Both the position numbers and the translations under genes were made by a program. From positions 1-26,565 of the forward strand of contig JBEKJA010000001.1 in assembly GCA_050011475.1 (NCBI GenBank): a DNA stretch of 26,565 nt, in the 5' to 3' direction. This stretch comes from Syntrophales bacterium (GTDB lineage Bacteria; Desulfobacterota; Syntrophia; Syntrophales; JBEKJA01). Below, piece by piece: positions 1 through 8,567 of the stretch. The notes beneath the pieces are model-generated. The model had not been told where the DNA came from, made no database searches, and saw nothing but the letters and a program-made list of their open reading frames with translations. The number at the start of each line of letters is the position of its first letter. Position 1 is the first letter of the stretch.

Positions 1-1
1 T

Positions 2-1147
2 ATTGCCCTGTACACGAGTTGGCTGTATCTCCCGTGGGTTATCAAGCCCTTCTGGAGTCCCGTTGTTGACATGCTTCGGACAAAGCGGTTCTGGATCCTT
101 GCCATGGAGCTTCTCATCGGGGCATCACTGGCATGCGTGGCACTTACGATTCCAGCATCGAATTTTTTCCGCTACACGATTGCTTTTTTCTGGATCATGG
201 CGTTCAGCTCCGCAACGCATGACATCGCCGCGGATGGCTTCTATATGCTTGGTTTGACCCAGGATCATCAGGCGGCTTTTGTGGGAGTGCGGACAACCTT
301 TTACCGCGTTGCAACGATTGCTGCCAAAGGCGGACTGGTGATACTGGCCGGTACGCTGGAGAACCGCGGCTGGGATGTCGCTACCGCCTGGTCGGCCACT
401 TTTTTTGTCATCGCCGCCATTTTTTCTTCACTTTTCCTTTACCATGTGTTTGTGATTCCCAGGCCGCCGGGAGACAAACCCGCCGTCAGGGATCCGGCGC
501 GAAGCCTCTTTGGTAATTTTTCACACAGTCTGGCGATTTTCTTTCGGAAGAAGGATATCTTGGCCATCATGGCTTTTTTTCTTTTCTACCGCTTTGCCGA
601 AGCCCAGCTCGTCAAAATGGTGGTTCCCTTCCTCCTGGATCCACGTGTGAAGGGAGGTCTTAGTCTGTCCACCAGCGAAGTGGGAATTATTTACGGTACG
701 GTCGGTGTGATTGCCTTGATGCTTGGCGGATTACTCGGCGGGTATGTCGTGTACCGGAAAGGCCTGAAGTTCTGGCTATGGATCATGGTATGTGCCATGC
801 ATCTGCCTGATCTCGTATTCATTTATCTTTCCCAGACGATGCCGGATAATTTTCATATCATCAATCTTGCCGTGGCCATTGAACAGTTCGGCTATGGATT
901 CGGATTCACAGCCTATACGCTGGTGATGATCATGATCTCCGAGGGGCCGTATAAAACCGTCCATTATGCCATTGGGACAGGGATCATGGCGCTTGGCATG
1001 ATGATCCCGGCGATGTTCAGCGGCTGGCTCCAGGAGCACCTTGGATACCCGCACTTTTTCCTTTGGATTATTTTTTCTACAATTCCGGGATTTATCGTGG
1101 CTGCGCTGGTAAAGATCGGTCCGGCATTTGGAAAAAAGATCGCATGA
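2..1147 (+). CDS. ampG: AmpG-family MFS muropeptide permease, 5'-truncated by the window edge
   Basis: The frame is open from position 2 (IALYTSWLYLPWVIKPFWSPVVD precedes the ORF-track Met at 71). It has AmpG-type motifs SATHDIAADGFYM and FEQFGYGFGF-like EQFGYGFGFTAY, multiple hydrophobic helices, and sits next to murU/amgK-like genes. Confidence 0.75.
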   Translation: MALYTSWLYLPWVIKPFWSPVVDMLRTKRFWILAMELLIGASLACVALTIPASNFFRYTIAFFWIMAFSSATHDIAADGFYMLGLTQDHQAAFVGVRTTFYRVATIAAKGGLVILAGTLENRGWDVATAWSATFFVIAAIFSSLFLYHVFVIPRPPGDKPAVRDPARSLFGNFSHSLAIFFRKKDILAIMAFFLFYRFAEAQLVKMVVPFLLDPRVKGGLSLSTSEVGIIYGTVGVIALMLGGLLGGYVVYRKGLKFWLWIMVCAMHLPDLVFIYLSQTMPDNFHIINLAVAIEQFGYGFGFTAYTLVMIMISEGPYKTVHYAIGTGIMALGMMIPAMFSGWLQEHLGYPHFFLWIIFSTIPGFIVAALVKIGPAFGKKIA

Positions 1148-1203
1148 TCCTATGCAGCCGTCAGGCATGAGAACAGGCAAATTGCCATAAAAAGGAAGGA
1201 TCC

Positions 1204-1920
1204 ATGAATACCACAAGCGTTTGCACCGCATTCATCCTGGGTGCCGGTCTCGGTCTGCGACTCAGGCCATTGACTGCAAACTGCCCGAAGCCTCTGCTGC
1301 CCATAGGTGGCAGGCCGCTGATCACCTATACCATGGATCATCTCCGAACGGTCGGGGTGGAGCGCTATATCATCAACACCCACCATTGTCCCGAGGCATA
1401 TCGCCTGGCATTTCCCGACAGCCAATGGCAGGGGATTCCTGTTATCCTGCGGCACGAGGAAGTTCTTCTGGATACGGGCGGTGGATTGAAAAATATTGAA
1501 GACCTGCTTGATGTGGATGAGCGGATGATCGTTTACAATGGCGACATCCTTACCAACCTTCCTCTGGGTATGCTCCTTGCTGCGCATGATTCGGGCCACT
1601 CCGAAGTGACCCTGGCGCTCCGAAGCGGCGGACCCTTGTTAAACGTGACACTCGATGAGAACGGAAATATTTGCGATCTTCGCCATACCCTGGGAAATCC
1701 AGGGAAGCGCCTTTGCCAATTTGCCGGAATTTATATAGCGCAGAGATCGTTTCTCAAATGGATGGAGGCAGGGCGCATCGAATCGGTCGTCAAAGCTTGG
1801 CTGCGGATGATTCGGGCAGGGAAGGGAGGCATCCGGGGTGTAGTGATCGATGAGGGAATGTGGCATGATATGGGGACTGTCAGAGAATATGAGCGGATCT
1901 GCAATGAATGGAATGGATGA
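1204..1920 (+). CDS. murU: Sugar-phosphate nucleotidyltransferase, probably MurNAc-alpha-1-phosphate uridylyltransferase (MurU-like)
   Basis: Motifs GAGLGLRLRPLT...PKPLLPIGG, LLDTGGGLKN, YNGDIL and WHDMGT; short 238-aa single-domain form; SD AAGGAAGGA upstream; adjacent to an AmgK-like kinase. Confidence 0.7.
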   Translation: MNTTSVCTAFILGAGLGLRLRPLTANCPKPLLPIGGRPLITYTMDHLRTVGVERYIINTHHCPEAYRLAFPDSQWQGIPVILRHEEVLLDTGGGLKNIEDLLDVDERMIVYNGDILTNLPLGMLLAAHDSGHSEVTLALRSGGPLLNVTLDENGNICDLRHTLGNPGKRLCQFAGIYIAQRSFLKWMEAGRIESVVKAWLRMIRAGKGGIRGVVIDEGMWHDMGTVREYERICNEWNG

Positions 1921-2932
1921 AAACAGCGCAACCCGCTTCGTTCGGGAAGTTCTCGGAATTAACGAAAGAATTTCCGTGCGCCTGGATATCATCCCGCGGG
2001 GTGGGTCTGACCGTGCATTCTACCGCTGCACGATGGGTGAACTGAAAGTTATCCTGATGCAATACGGGCTGGAGCGTGCGGAGAATGCCCTGTATGCCGA
2101 TATTGGCCGGTTCTTGAAGGATATCGGCATCCGTGTGCCGGACATCATTGCCCATGATTCGGACCGGCATCTGATCCTGATGGAGTATCTCGGAGAGAAG
2201 GATCTCTGGTCAGCCCGGAATGAACCCTGGATGACAAGAAATGCGCTTTATCGGGATACCCTGTCGATGGCGGCAAAGCTTCACACCTTTCCCCTGAAAA
2301 ATTTTCCCAACGGAATAGGACGTCTGCAGCCAGTATTCGGTCCGGAGCTCTACTTATGTGAGAGATGCTACTTTCGTGAGCAGTTTGTTCGGGGTGTCTG
2401 TGGATTGTCCATGGAAGTGACCTATGCCGTAGCTCTTGAAGAGGAGCTGGATGCCCTGGCGAGGCGCCTCATAGGAACCGGATTGTGCCTCGTCCACCGG
2501 GATCTCCAATCCCAGAACGTGATGGTCTGTGATGAGAAAACATTCTGGATCGATTTTCAGGGAATGCGGCTGGGCAGCTTATTCTATGATCTTGCCTCAC
2601 TCCTGTACGATCCATATGTTTCATTTGCTGAAGAAGAGCGCCTCGAACTTCTCCGGTATTATGCCAGCTTGGTCCCGCTTGGCCTTGAATGGACGAATAT
2701 CGAATTGCGCTTCAGGGAAGCAGCCGTCCAGCGCCTCATGCAGGCCCTTGGCGCTTATGGTTTCCTGGGGATGAAAAAAGGGAAGACATCCTTCCTGTCG
2801 CACATCCCCCGGGGAATGGATCACCTCACTCAGGCCGCCGCACAAAATCCCAACCTTCCCCACCTCATGGATCTACTTGAAAAATGCCGCCATAAACTTC
2901 CCGCTTCCTTTACAAGTTTTCCCGATGATTGA
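1904..2932 (+). CDS. amgK: Aminoglycoside-phosphotransferase-fold kinase, probably anomeric MurNAc/GlcNAc kinase (AmgK-like)
   Basis: Motifs GGSDRAFYR, VPDIIAHD, LVHRDLQSQNVMV, IDFQG, YDLASLLYDPY and QRLMQALGAY. The start is ATG 1904 or 1913, both overlapping the murU stop; the track start at 1850 looks too far upstream. Confidence 0.7.
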   Translation: MNGMDENSATRFVREVLGINERISVRLDIIPRGGSDRAFYRCTMGELKVILMQYGLERAENALYADIGRFLKDIGIRVPDIIAHDSDRHLILMEYLGEKDLWSARNEPWMTRNALYRDTLSMAAKLHTFPLKNFPNGIGRLQPVFGPELYLCERCYFREQFVRGVCGLSMEVTYAVALEEELDALARRLIGTGLCLVHRDLQSQNVMVCDEKTFWIDFQGMRLGSLFYDLASLLYDPYVSFAEEERLELLRYYASLVPLGLEWTNIELRFREAAVQRLMQALGAYGFLGMKKGKTSFLSHIPRGMDHLTQAAAQNPNLPHLMDLLEKCRHKLPASFTSFPDD

Positions 2933-2983
2933 CAAAATCAGCGCGTCGTGCGAAATACCGCTCTCCAAAATTTGTGGGTGATC

Positions 2984-4324
2984 ATGAAAGACTATCAATA
3001 CCTGGATAAGAAGCATATCTGGCACCCCTGTTCCCAGATGATGGATTATGAAACATACCCGGCGACATTGATTGAGCGGGCCGAAGGGGTCTGGCTTTAC
3101 AAGGAAAATGGAGAGCGCCTCCTGGATGCTATATCATCCTGGTGGGTGAATCTTTTTGGCCATGGTAATACGTTCATCGCCGATAGAATCAAAAACCAGC
3201 TTGAATTACTTGATCATGTCCTTTTTGCAAACTACACCCACAAGCCCGCCATAGATCTGGCTGCGAAGCTGGCAACACTTTTTGATAACCAACTGGATAA
3301 GGTATTTTATACGGACAATGGATCCTCATCCGTGGAAGCGGCGCTGAAGATGTCTTTTCATTATTGGCACAATGTCGGAAAGCCGCAGAAGATCCGATTT
3401 GCCAATCTCAAGGGCGCTTACCACGGGGAGACTTTGGGTGCATTGTCAGTCGGATCCATGGATGCATATAAGAAAATATACAGCCCACTGCTCACGGATT
3501 CAGTGGAGATTGAAGGGCCGGATTGTTTCCGTTGCGCGTATGGACTTGATCGGTTGGAATGTGATGCCGAATGTTATCAGAAGACGGAGCAGCTTCTTGA
3601 GAAAAATCATGCGACCCTCTGCGCCGTGATCGTCGAGCCGATTATGCAATGTGCGGCGGGGATGAAAATGTATTCTCCGCGTTACCTGAAGAAACTGCGT
3701 GACCAGTGCACTGGACTGGGGATACATCTTATCTGCGATGAGATAGCCGTCGGCTTCGGAAGGACCGGTACCATGATGGCATCATACCACGCCGGTATCG
3801 TCCCGGATATCGTCACCATCTCGAAAACCGTCACCGGCGGCTTTCTGCCGCTGGCGGCCGTTCTGACCGGCGAAGAAATCTTCGGCGCCTTTTATGCTCC
3901 CTACGAAGCCATGAAAGCATTTATGCATTCCCATACCTATTCGGGCAACCCGCTTGCTTGTGCGGCTGGATGTGCGGTCTTTGATCTGTTTGAGCAAACC
4001 TCTGTCCTGGAGAGTAATTGTGAAAAAAGTAGCCGGATCCGGGAAGGCGTTTTGTCTTTAGACGGCCATCCCCATGTCGGAGAAATCAGGACTATGGGCA
4101 TGATCACCGCCCTCGATCTGGTCAAGGATAAAAAGACCAAAGAGCCCTTTGATTGGCGCCAAAGGATCGGCTATCAGATCTATCGCCTGGCCGAGAAGAA
4201 GGGGGTGCTGCTTCGAAACCTTGGCGATGTAATTTATTTTATGCCCCCTTACGTCATCGCAGAGGAGGAAATCGATTTTATGACCGGTGTTGCCGTGAAG
4301 TCCATCAGGGAGGTGCTGGGATGA
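2984..4324 (+). CDS. bioA: Adenosylmethionine-8-amino-7-oxononanoate aminotransferase (DAPA synthase)
   Basis: Motifs HIWHPCSQM, DAISSWWVNLFGH, YHGETLGA, DEIAVGFGRTG, the PLP lysine in SKTVTGG, and HSHTYSGNPLAC. ATG at 2984 is preferred over GTG 2948. Confidence 0.95.
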   Translation: MKDYQYLDKKHIWHPCSQMMDYETYPATLIERAEGVWLYKENGERLLDAISSWWVNLFGHGNTFIADRIKNQLELLDHVLFANYTHKPAIDLAAKLATLFDNQLDKVFYTDNGSSSVEAALKMSFHYWHNVGKPQKIRFANLKGAYHGETLGALSVGSMDAYKKIYSPLLTDSVEIEGPDCFRCAYGLDRLECDAECYQKTEQLLEKNHATLCAVIVEPIMQCAAGMKMYSPRYLKKLRDQCTGLGIHLICDEIAVGFGRTGTMMASYHAGIVPDIVTISKTVTGGFLPLAAVLTGEEIFGAFYAPYEAMKAFMHSHTYSGNPLACAAGCAVFDLFEQTSVLESNCEKSSRIREGVLSLDGHPHVGEIRTMGMITALDLVKDKKTKEPFDWRQRIGYQIYRLAEKKGVLLRNLGDVIYFMPPYVIAEEEIDFMTGVAVKSIREVLG

Positions 4325-5301
4325 AAGAACTTTCCGTTGAAGCCATGAGCAGGAAAAGTCTTGATCATGGCGGCATCGATCAAGAGGACATGAGGCGGAT
4401 ACTGACCGCGGATAATATCGACCTGCTCGATTTATTGAATGCAGCCTTCAAAGTTCGCCGTCATTATTTCGGTGACGGAGTCCGGATTCATATTATTAAT
4501 AACGTGCAAAGCGGACATTGCTCGGAAGATTGCCGGTATTGCGCCCAGTCAAAAGATTCTCCGGATAAGAGTGTTGTCCATCCGATGAAAACGGAAGAGG
4601 AGATTCTATTGGAAGCGAAGCATGCCGGTGACTCCGGGGCATGCCGCTACTGCATGGTTTACTCGGGAAGGGATCTTGGCAAACATCGCATTGGGGAAAT
4701 ATGCAGGGTTGTGGAAAAGATCAAGGCGGGTTTCGATATGGAAGTCTGTGTGTCGGCGGGGTTCCTGTCGCTGGAAGAGGCGACAGCACTGAAGAAGGCC
4801 GGCGTGAACCGATATAATCACAATCTGAACACCAGCCGGGAATATTACGGGGAGATATGCACAACCCATGACTATGCTCAGAGACTGGCCACTATAAACT
4901 GCGCGAGACAGGCGGGATTGGATATCTGCTGCGGCGTCATTATCGGTATGGGGGAAACGGCGGAAGATATCGTCCATATGATATCGGAGCTGCGCAATGT
5001 AAAGGTAAACTCGATTCCCATTAATTTCTTCATCCCGGTTCCGGGCCATCGGATTCACCCCTCCGTGCTCACGCCCCCATACTGTCTGAAAATTCTTTGC
5101 CTGTTCCGGCTGGCTCTCCCCAAAGCGGAGATCAGGGCGGCCGGAGGGCGGGAATATCATCTCAGATCATTGCAGGCACTATGTCTCTATCCGGCAAATT
5201 CACTTTTTTCCAAGGGGTATCTGACAACGGGCGGAGAGAGTGTTGCGGAAACCAGGCAAATGATCATCGACAATGGATTCCAAATAGATCGTATCGAATA
5301 G
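4321..5301 (+). CDS. bioB: Biotin synthase (radical SAM)
   Basis: CSEDCRYCAQS (CxxxCxxC), RYCMV, EVCVSAG, YNHNLNTS, DICCGVIIGMGE and EIRAAGGRE. The ATG at 4321 overlaps the bioA TGA (ATGA). Confidence 0.95.
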   Translation: MKELSVEAMSRKSLDHGGIDQEDMRRILTADNIDLLDLLNAAFKVRRHYFGDGVRIHIINNVQSGHCSEDCRYCAQSKDSPDKSVVHPMKTEEEILLEAKHAGDSGACRYCMVYSGRDLGKHRIGEICRVVEKIKAGFDMEVCVSAGFLSLEEATALKKAGVNRYNHNLNTSREYYGEICTTHDYAQRLATINCARQAGLDICCGVIIGMGETAEDIVHMISELRNVKVNSIPINFFIPVPGHRIHPSVLTPPYCLKILCLFRLALPKAEIRAAGGREYHLRSLQALCLYPANSLFSKGYLTTGGESVAETRQMIIDNGFQIDRIE

Positions 5302-5326
5302 ATCCTGAATCAAGTTCAGGATGACA
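5301..5326. repeat. REP-like palindrome and probable bidirectional terminator between convergent bioB and bioD
   Basis: ATCCTGAA(5302-5309)-TCAAG-TTCAGGAT(5315-5322) forms a perfect 8-bp stem. The minus strand reads TGTCATCCTGAACTTGATTCAGGATC, resembling CGTC/TGTC-tagged REP elements. Confidence 0.55.
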
Positions 5327-5351
5327 AAGGGATGGATGGAAACCCTCTCCG

Positions 5352-5984
5352 TTATTTCTGGAAATTTTCATGGAAGCATTGTACCAGAGATTCAGGATCG
5401 ATGCAGGGGATGGATTCGATCTCGGCGAGGATCTCGACCCTTCCATAATGTTCGATGGCTTGCCGGTTGCTTTGGTTCCGGACTCCATTGATGACGACAC
5501 CGAATACATCCAGTCCGTGCCTGCGCAACTGCTCCAATGACAGCAGTGTGTGGTTGATGGTTCCCAGTCTACTCGATGTGACGAGAAGAATGGGTGCCCC
5601 CATTTTTTTCATCAAATCGAGCATGAATTGGTGCTCGTTTATAGGCACCATGATGCCGCCGGCCCCCTCTATGATGAGATTTGCCGATTTCACATCTTCA
5701 GGAACCTGGATGGAATCGATGTCGATCCGGATGCCTTCTTCAGCTGCTGAAGCATGAGGAGACATTGGACGTTTCAGAAGATAGGATTCAGGATGGAACT
5801 TTTTTTCCGGCAGACCTGATTTTTCACGCACCCATTGCGTGTCGGTAATTTCATCCGTACCGCTTTGAATGGGTTTCCAGTATTCGGCTGACAGACCGGC
5901 CATCAGGATGGCGGCAACCACGGTCTTGCCGATACCCGTATCCGTGCCACTGATGAACAAATGGGAAGGGAATTCAACCGCCAT
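5352..5984 (-). CDS. bioD: Dethiobiotin synthetase
   Basis: Motifs FISGTDTGIGKT, WKPIQSG, IEGAGGIMVP and LGTINHTLLS. The start is ATG 5984 (or GTG 5993), overlapping the bioF stop. Confidence 0.95.
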   Translation of the reverse strand: MAVEFPSHLFISGTDTGIGKTVVAAILMAGLSAEYWKPIQSGTDEITDTQWVREKSGLPEKKFHPESYLLKRPMSPHASAAEEGIRIDIDSIQVPEDVKSANLIIEGAGGIMVPINEHQFMLDLMKKMGAPILLVTSSRLGTINHTLLSLEQLRRHGLDVFGVVINGVRNQSNRQAIEHYGRVEILAEIESIPCIDPESLVQCFHENFQK

Positions 5985-7140
5985 GCTGATCACGCCATTT
6001 TTTCAATGCTTCCATAACGCACTCGATATGCTGATCCGTATGGGATGCGGAAAGCGTCAGACGTATTCGTGATTGCCCCTGTCCTACTGTGGGTGGACGG
6101 ATGGCGGTGGCAAGAATGCCCTGCTCTTCCAGCCAGGCGGAGAGGGCAAGGGCGTCTTTCTCATCCCCGATCACGATGGGAACGATTTGCGTGGAGGAAT
6201 CCCCGGTACTCCATCCCAAATTCTGAACTACGGCCCGCAAAGAATCCGCTTTGCCATGCAGCTCGCGTCTTTGCTCATCCATATCCGGAATCAGATCCAG
6301 GGCTGCGTCGATTGAACCGACAATTGCGGGAGGCAGCGCTGTTGTATAAATAAAGCCGGAGCAGCAATTGATCAAATAGTCCCGGACTTTTTCCCGGCAG
6401 GCGATGTAAGATCCAAAAGAGCCGCAAGCCTTGCCGAATGTGCCGATGGACACATCAACCTCTTTCCCGCAGGTCAACCCCATCCCCCTTTCTCCCAGTA
6501 CGCCCGTCGCATGCGCTTCATCAACGATCAGCAGTGCATCGTGTTTTTTTGCAATATCGATGAGGGCGTCCATGTCGCTGATATCCCCGTCCATGCTGAA
6601 TACGGACTCCGTTACAATGAGGATGCGGGAGTACTGTTTCCGCCGGTTTTCCTCAAGGAGGTTTTCCAGGTGAGCCAAATCGTTATGACGGAAACGTTCA
6701 ATTTGACAACGGCTCAGCAGAGCACCCTGAATGATGCTGTTGTGGTTGAGCCAATCGGACAGGATGAGCGTATTGCGGTCCGCCAGGGCAGGAATAATGG
6801 TGGCATTTGCCTGAAATCCGGAATTGAAGATTAAGGCCGCTTCGTAACCTTTCAAGGCGGCAAGCTTTCTTTCCACTTCCTCAAAACACTGAAAATTGCC
6901 GCAAATCAAACGGGAAGCGGTGGAGCCATTGCCATATTTTTCAATGAATTCGATGGCCCTTTTTTTCAGAAGAGGATGTTTCGATAGGCCGAGGTAATCA
7001 TTGGAGCAAAAATTGAGAAGGATTTTACCGCTGAACTCCACTTCCGCTCCTGAAACAGGAACAAGCGATTTCAATCTGCGGCGCTGATAAAGGGTATCCC
7101 TTCTTTGCAGCTCAGAATCGATGAAAGAATATTTGTTCAT
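5974..7140 (-). CDS. bioF: 8-amino-7-oxononanoate synthase
   Basis: Motifs NFCSNDYLGL, FNSGFQAN, NHNSII, ESVFSMDGD, DEAHATG, GTFGKA and AIRPPTV. ATGA overlap with the purF stop. Confidence 0.93.
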   Translation of the reverse strand: MNKYSFIDSELQRRDTLYQRRRLKSLVPVSGAEVEFSGKILLNFCSNDYLGLSKHPLLKKRAIEFIEKYGNGSTASRLICGNFQCFEEVERKLAALKGYEAALIFNSGFQANATIIPALADRNTLILSDWLNHNSIIQGALLSRCQIERFRHNDLAHLENLLEENRRKQYSRILIVTESVFSMDGDISDMDALIDIAKKHDALLIVDEAHATGVLGERGMGLTCGKEVDVSIGTFGKACGSFGSYIACREKVRDYLINCCSGFIYTTALPPAIVGSIDAALDLIPDMDEQRRELHGKADSLRAVVQNLGWSTGDSSTQIVPIVIGDEKDALALSAWLEEQGILATAIRPPTVGQGQSRIRLTLSASHTDQHIECVMEALKKWRDQHGG

Positions 7141-8567
7141 TTTGATTCAAAGCAGTACTTCTGCATTTCATCCGTAGGAGCGAGAGGGTATTCTCCAGTA
7201 TAGCAGGCAAGGCAGAAATTGTCCCACGGCAGGCATGTGGCTTCCACCATGCCTTCAACAGACAGGTAATGAAGAGAATCAAGGCCTATGAAACGGCCAA
7301 TGGCGGCAATATCCTCCTGCTGGGCGGCGATGAGCTCTCCTCTTGAAGAGAAGTCGATCCCATAGGGGCATGGGTAGCGTGTCGGCGGACAACTGATTGC
7401 CATGTGTATTTCTTTTACACCGATTTCCCGGATGTTCCGGACACGGTTTCGGCTCGTCGTTCCCCGGATGATGGAATCCTCCACGATAAGAACTCGTTTC
7501 CCGGCAAGCAGGGGCTTCACGGGGTTGAGTTTTACCCGCACGCCAAAATCCCGCATGGCCTGGGTCGGCTGGATAAAGGTGCGTCCAACATAATGATTCC
7601 GAATCATCCCCATTTCGAACGGCAGGCGGCTTTCCTCGGCATAGCCAATGGCTGCGTAATTTCCGGAATCGGGGAAAGGCATCACGAGATCCACGTCGGG
7701 CAGGTACTCACGGGCCAGTTGATGACCAAGGCGCTTCCGGCAAAGGTAGACATTTTCTCCGAAGACCTGGCTGTCCGGCCTGGCGAAGTATATCAGTTCA
7801 AAAATGCAGTGAGTCGGACGTATAATGGGAAAGGGCATATAGGAATGAAGCCCTGATTCATCGATGATGATAATTTCTCCGGGACGCACATCCCTGAGGT
7901 ACTTTGCTCCAATGAGATCGAAAGCGCAGGTTTCCGACGCGACCGTCCAACCGCCATTGAACTGACCTATGCAAAGGGGTCTGAACCCGCGAGGGTCACG
8001 GAAAGCCGCTATCCGGTCACGTGCCATCATAACGACGCTGTACGAACCTTGGACACGTGTCAGGGCCTTTGTCAGAGCCACCTCCAGGCCGTCTTTAATA
8101 AAAGGCGCCATCAGGTGAACGATTACCTCGCTGTCCATGGTGGACTGGAATATGGACCCGCGGCTTTCCAGCTCTGTCCTGAGGGCCTGGGCGTTCACGA
8201 GATTGCCGTTATGGGCAATGGCATAATCTTCCCCGCCGTAATGGATCAGGAAAGGCTGGGCGTTGGAGAGAACGGACAGGCCCGTGGTGGAGTACCGGAC
8301 GTGTCCGATTGCCAAATGCCCCGGCAGCTTGGTCAGTGTATCCTCTTTGAACACTTCGGATACAAGTCCCATCCCTTTATAGCTTATGACCCGGCAGCCA
8401 TCGGCCGTCACAATACCTGCACTTTCCTGCCCCCGATGCTGAAGTGCGAACAGCCCGAAGAAGGTGGTGCGTGCCGCATCAGGGTGGCCGTATACGGCGA
8501 AAACTCCGCATTCTTCGCGGGGTCGGCCGGTATGACCGAGTTTTTTCATGGTGTATTCACCGTTCAT
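7137..8567 (-). CDS. purF: Amidophosphoribosyltransferase, Bacillus-type (propeptide and 4Fe-4S ligands)
   Basis: A short propeptide precedes EECGVF. Motifs [25 protein letters not shown] and [10 protein letters not shown]; Fe-S ligands HCIFE, CPYGID and CLAC. Alternative start ATG 8549. Confidence 0.95.
   Translation of the reverse strand: MNGEYTMKKLGHTGRPREECGVFAVYGHPDAARTTFFGLFALQHRGQESAGIVTADGCRVISYKGMGLVSEVFKEDTLTKLPGHLAIGHVRYSTTGLSVLSNAQPFLIHYGGEDYAIAHNGNLVNAQALRTELESRGSIFQSTMDSEVIVHLMAPFIKDGLEVALTKALTRVQGSYSVVMMARDRIAAFRDPRGFRPLCIGQFNGGWTVASETCAFDLIGAKYLRDVRPGEIIIIDESGLHSYMPFPIIRPTHCIFELIYFARPDSQVFGENVYLCRKRLGHQLAREYLPDVDLVMPFPDSGNYAAIGYAEESRLPFEMGMIRNHYVGRTFIQPTQAMRDFGVRVKLNPVKPLLAGKRVLIVEDSIIRGTTSRNRVRNIREIGVKEIHMAISCPPTRYPCPYGIDFSSRGELIAAQQEDIAAIGRFIGLDSLHYLSVEGMVEATCLPWDNFCLACYTGEYPLAPTDEMQKYCFESK

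Noticed and set aside
2900-2960. Possible BirA operator or sigma70 promoter upstream of bioA (TTGACA at 2929-2934, GATTGACAA resembling a BirA half-site)
   Set aside because: There is no matching left half-site at 14-15 nt spacing and no credible -10 at 16-18 nt, so it is left uncalled.
3181-3900. Local GC difference within bioA (hand count 22/60 at 3181-3240 versus 35/60 at 3781-3840) suggesting mosaicism
   Set aside because: Two 60-nt samples are within ordinary noise and amino-acid composition effects. A sliding GC3 analysis would be needed.
4153-4320. 56-aa N-terminal extension of bioB in the ORF track
   Set aside because: It lies inside bioA. ATG 4321 with an ATGA overlap gives a normal-length BioB.
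5389-5794. Two further GATTCAGGAT matches to the REP arm inside bioD (5389-5399, 5785-5794)
   Set aside because: Both simply encode Pro-Glu-Ser context in frame and lack the second arm, so they are most likely coincidental.
7478-7483. PurF PRPP motif reads VEDS instead of VDDS
   Set aside because: ED is common in type I phosphoribosyltransferase loops. It is a conservative change with no evidence of functional loss.
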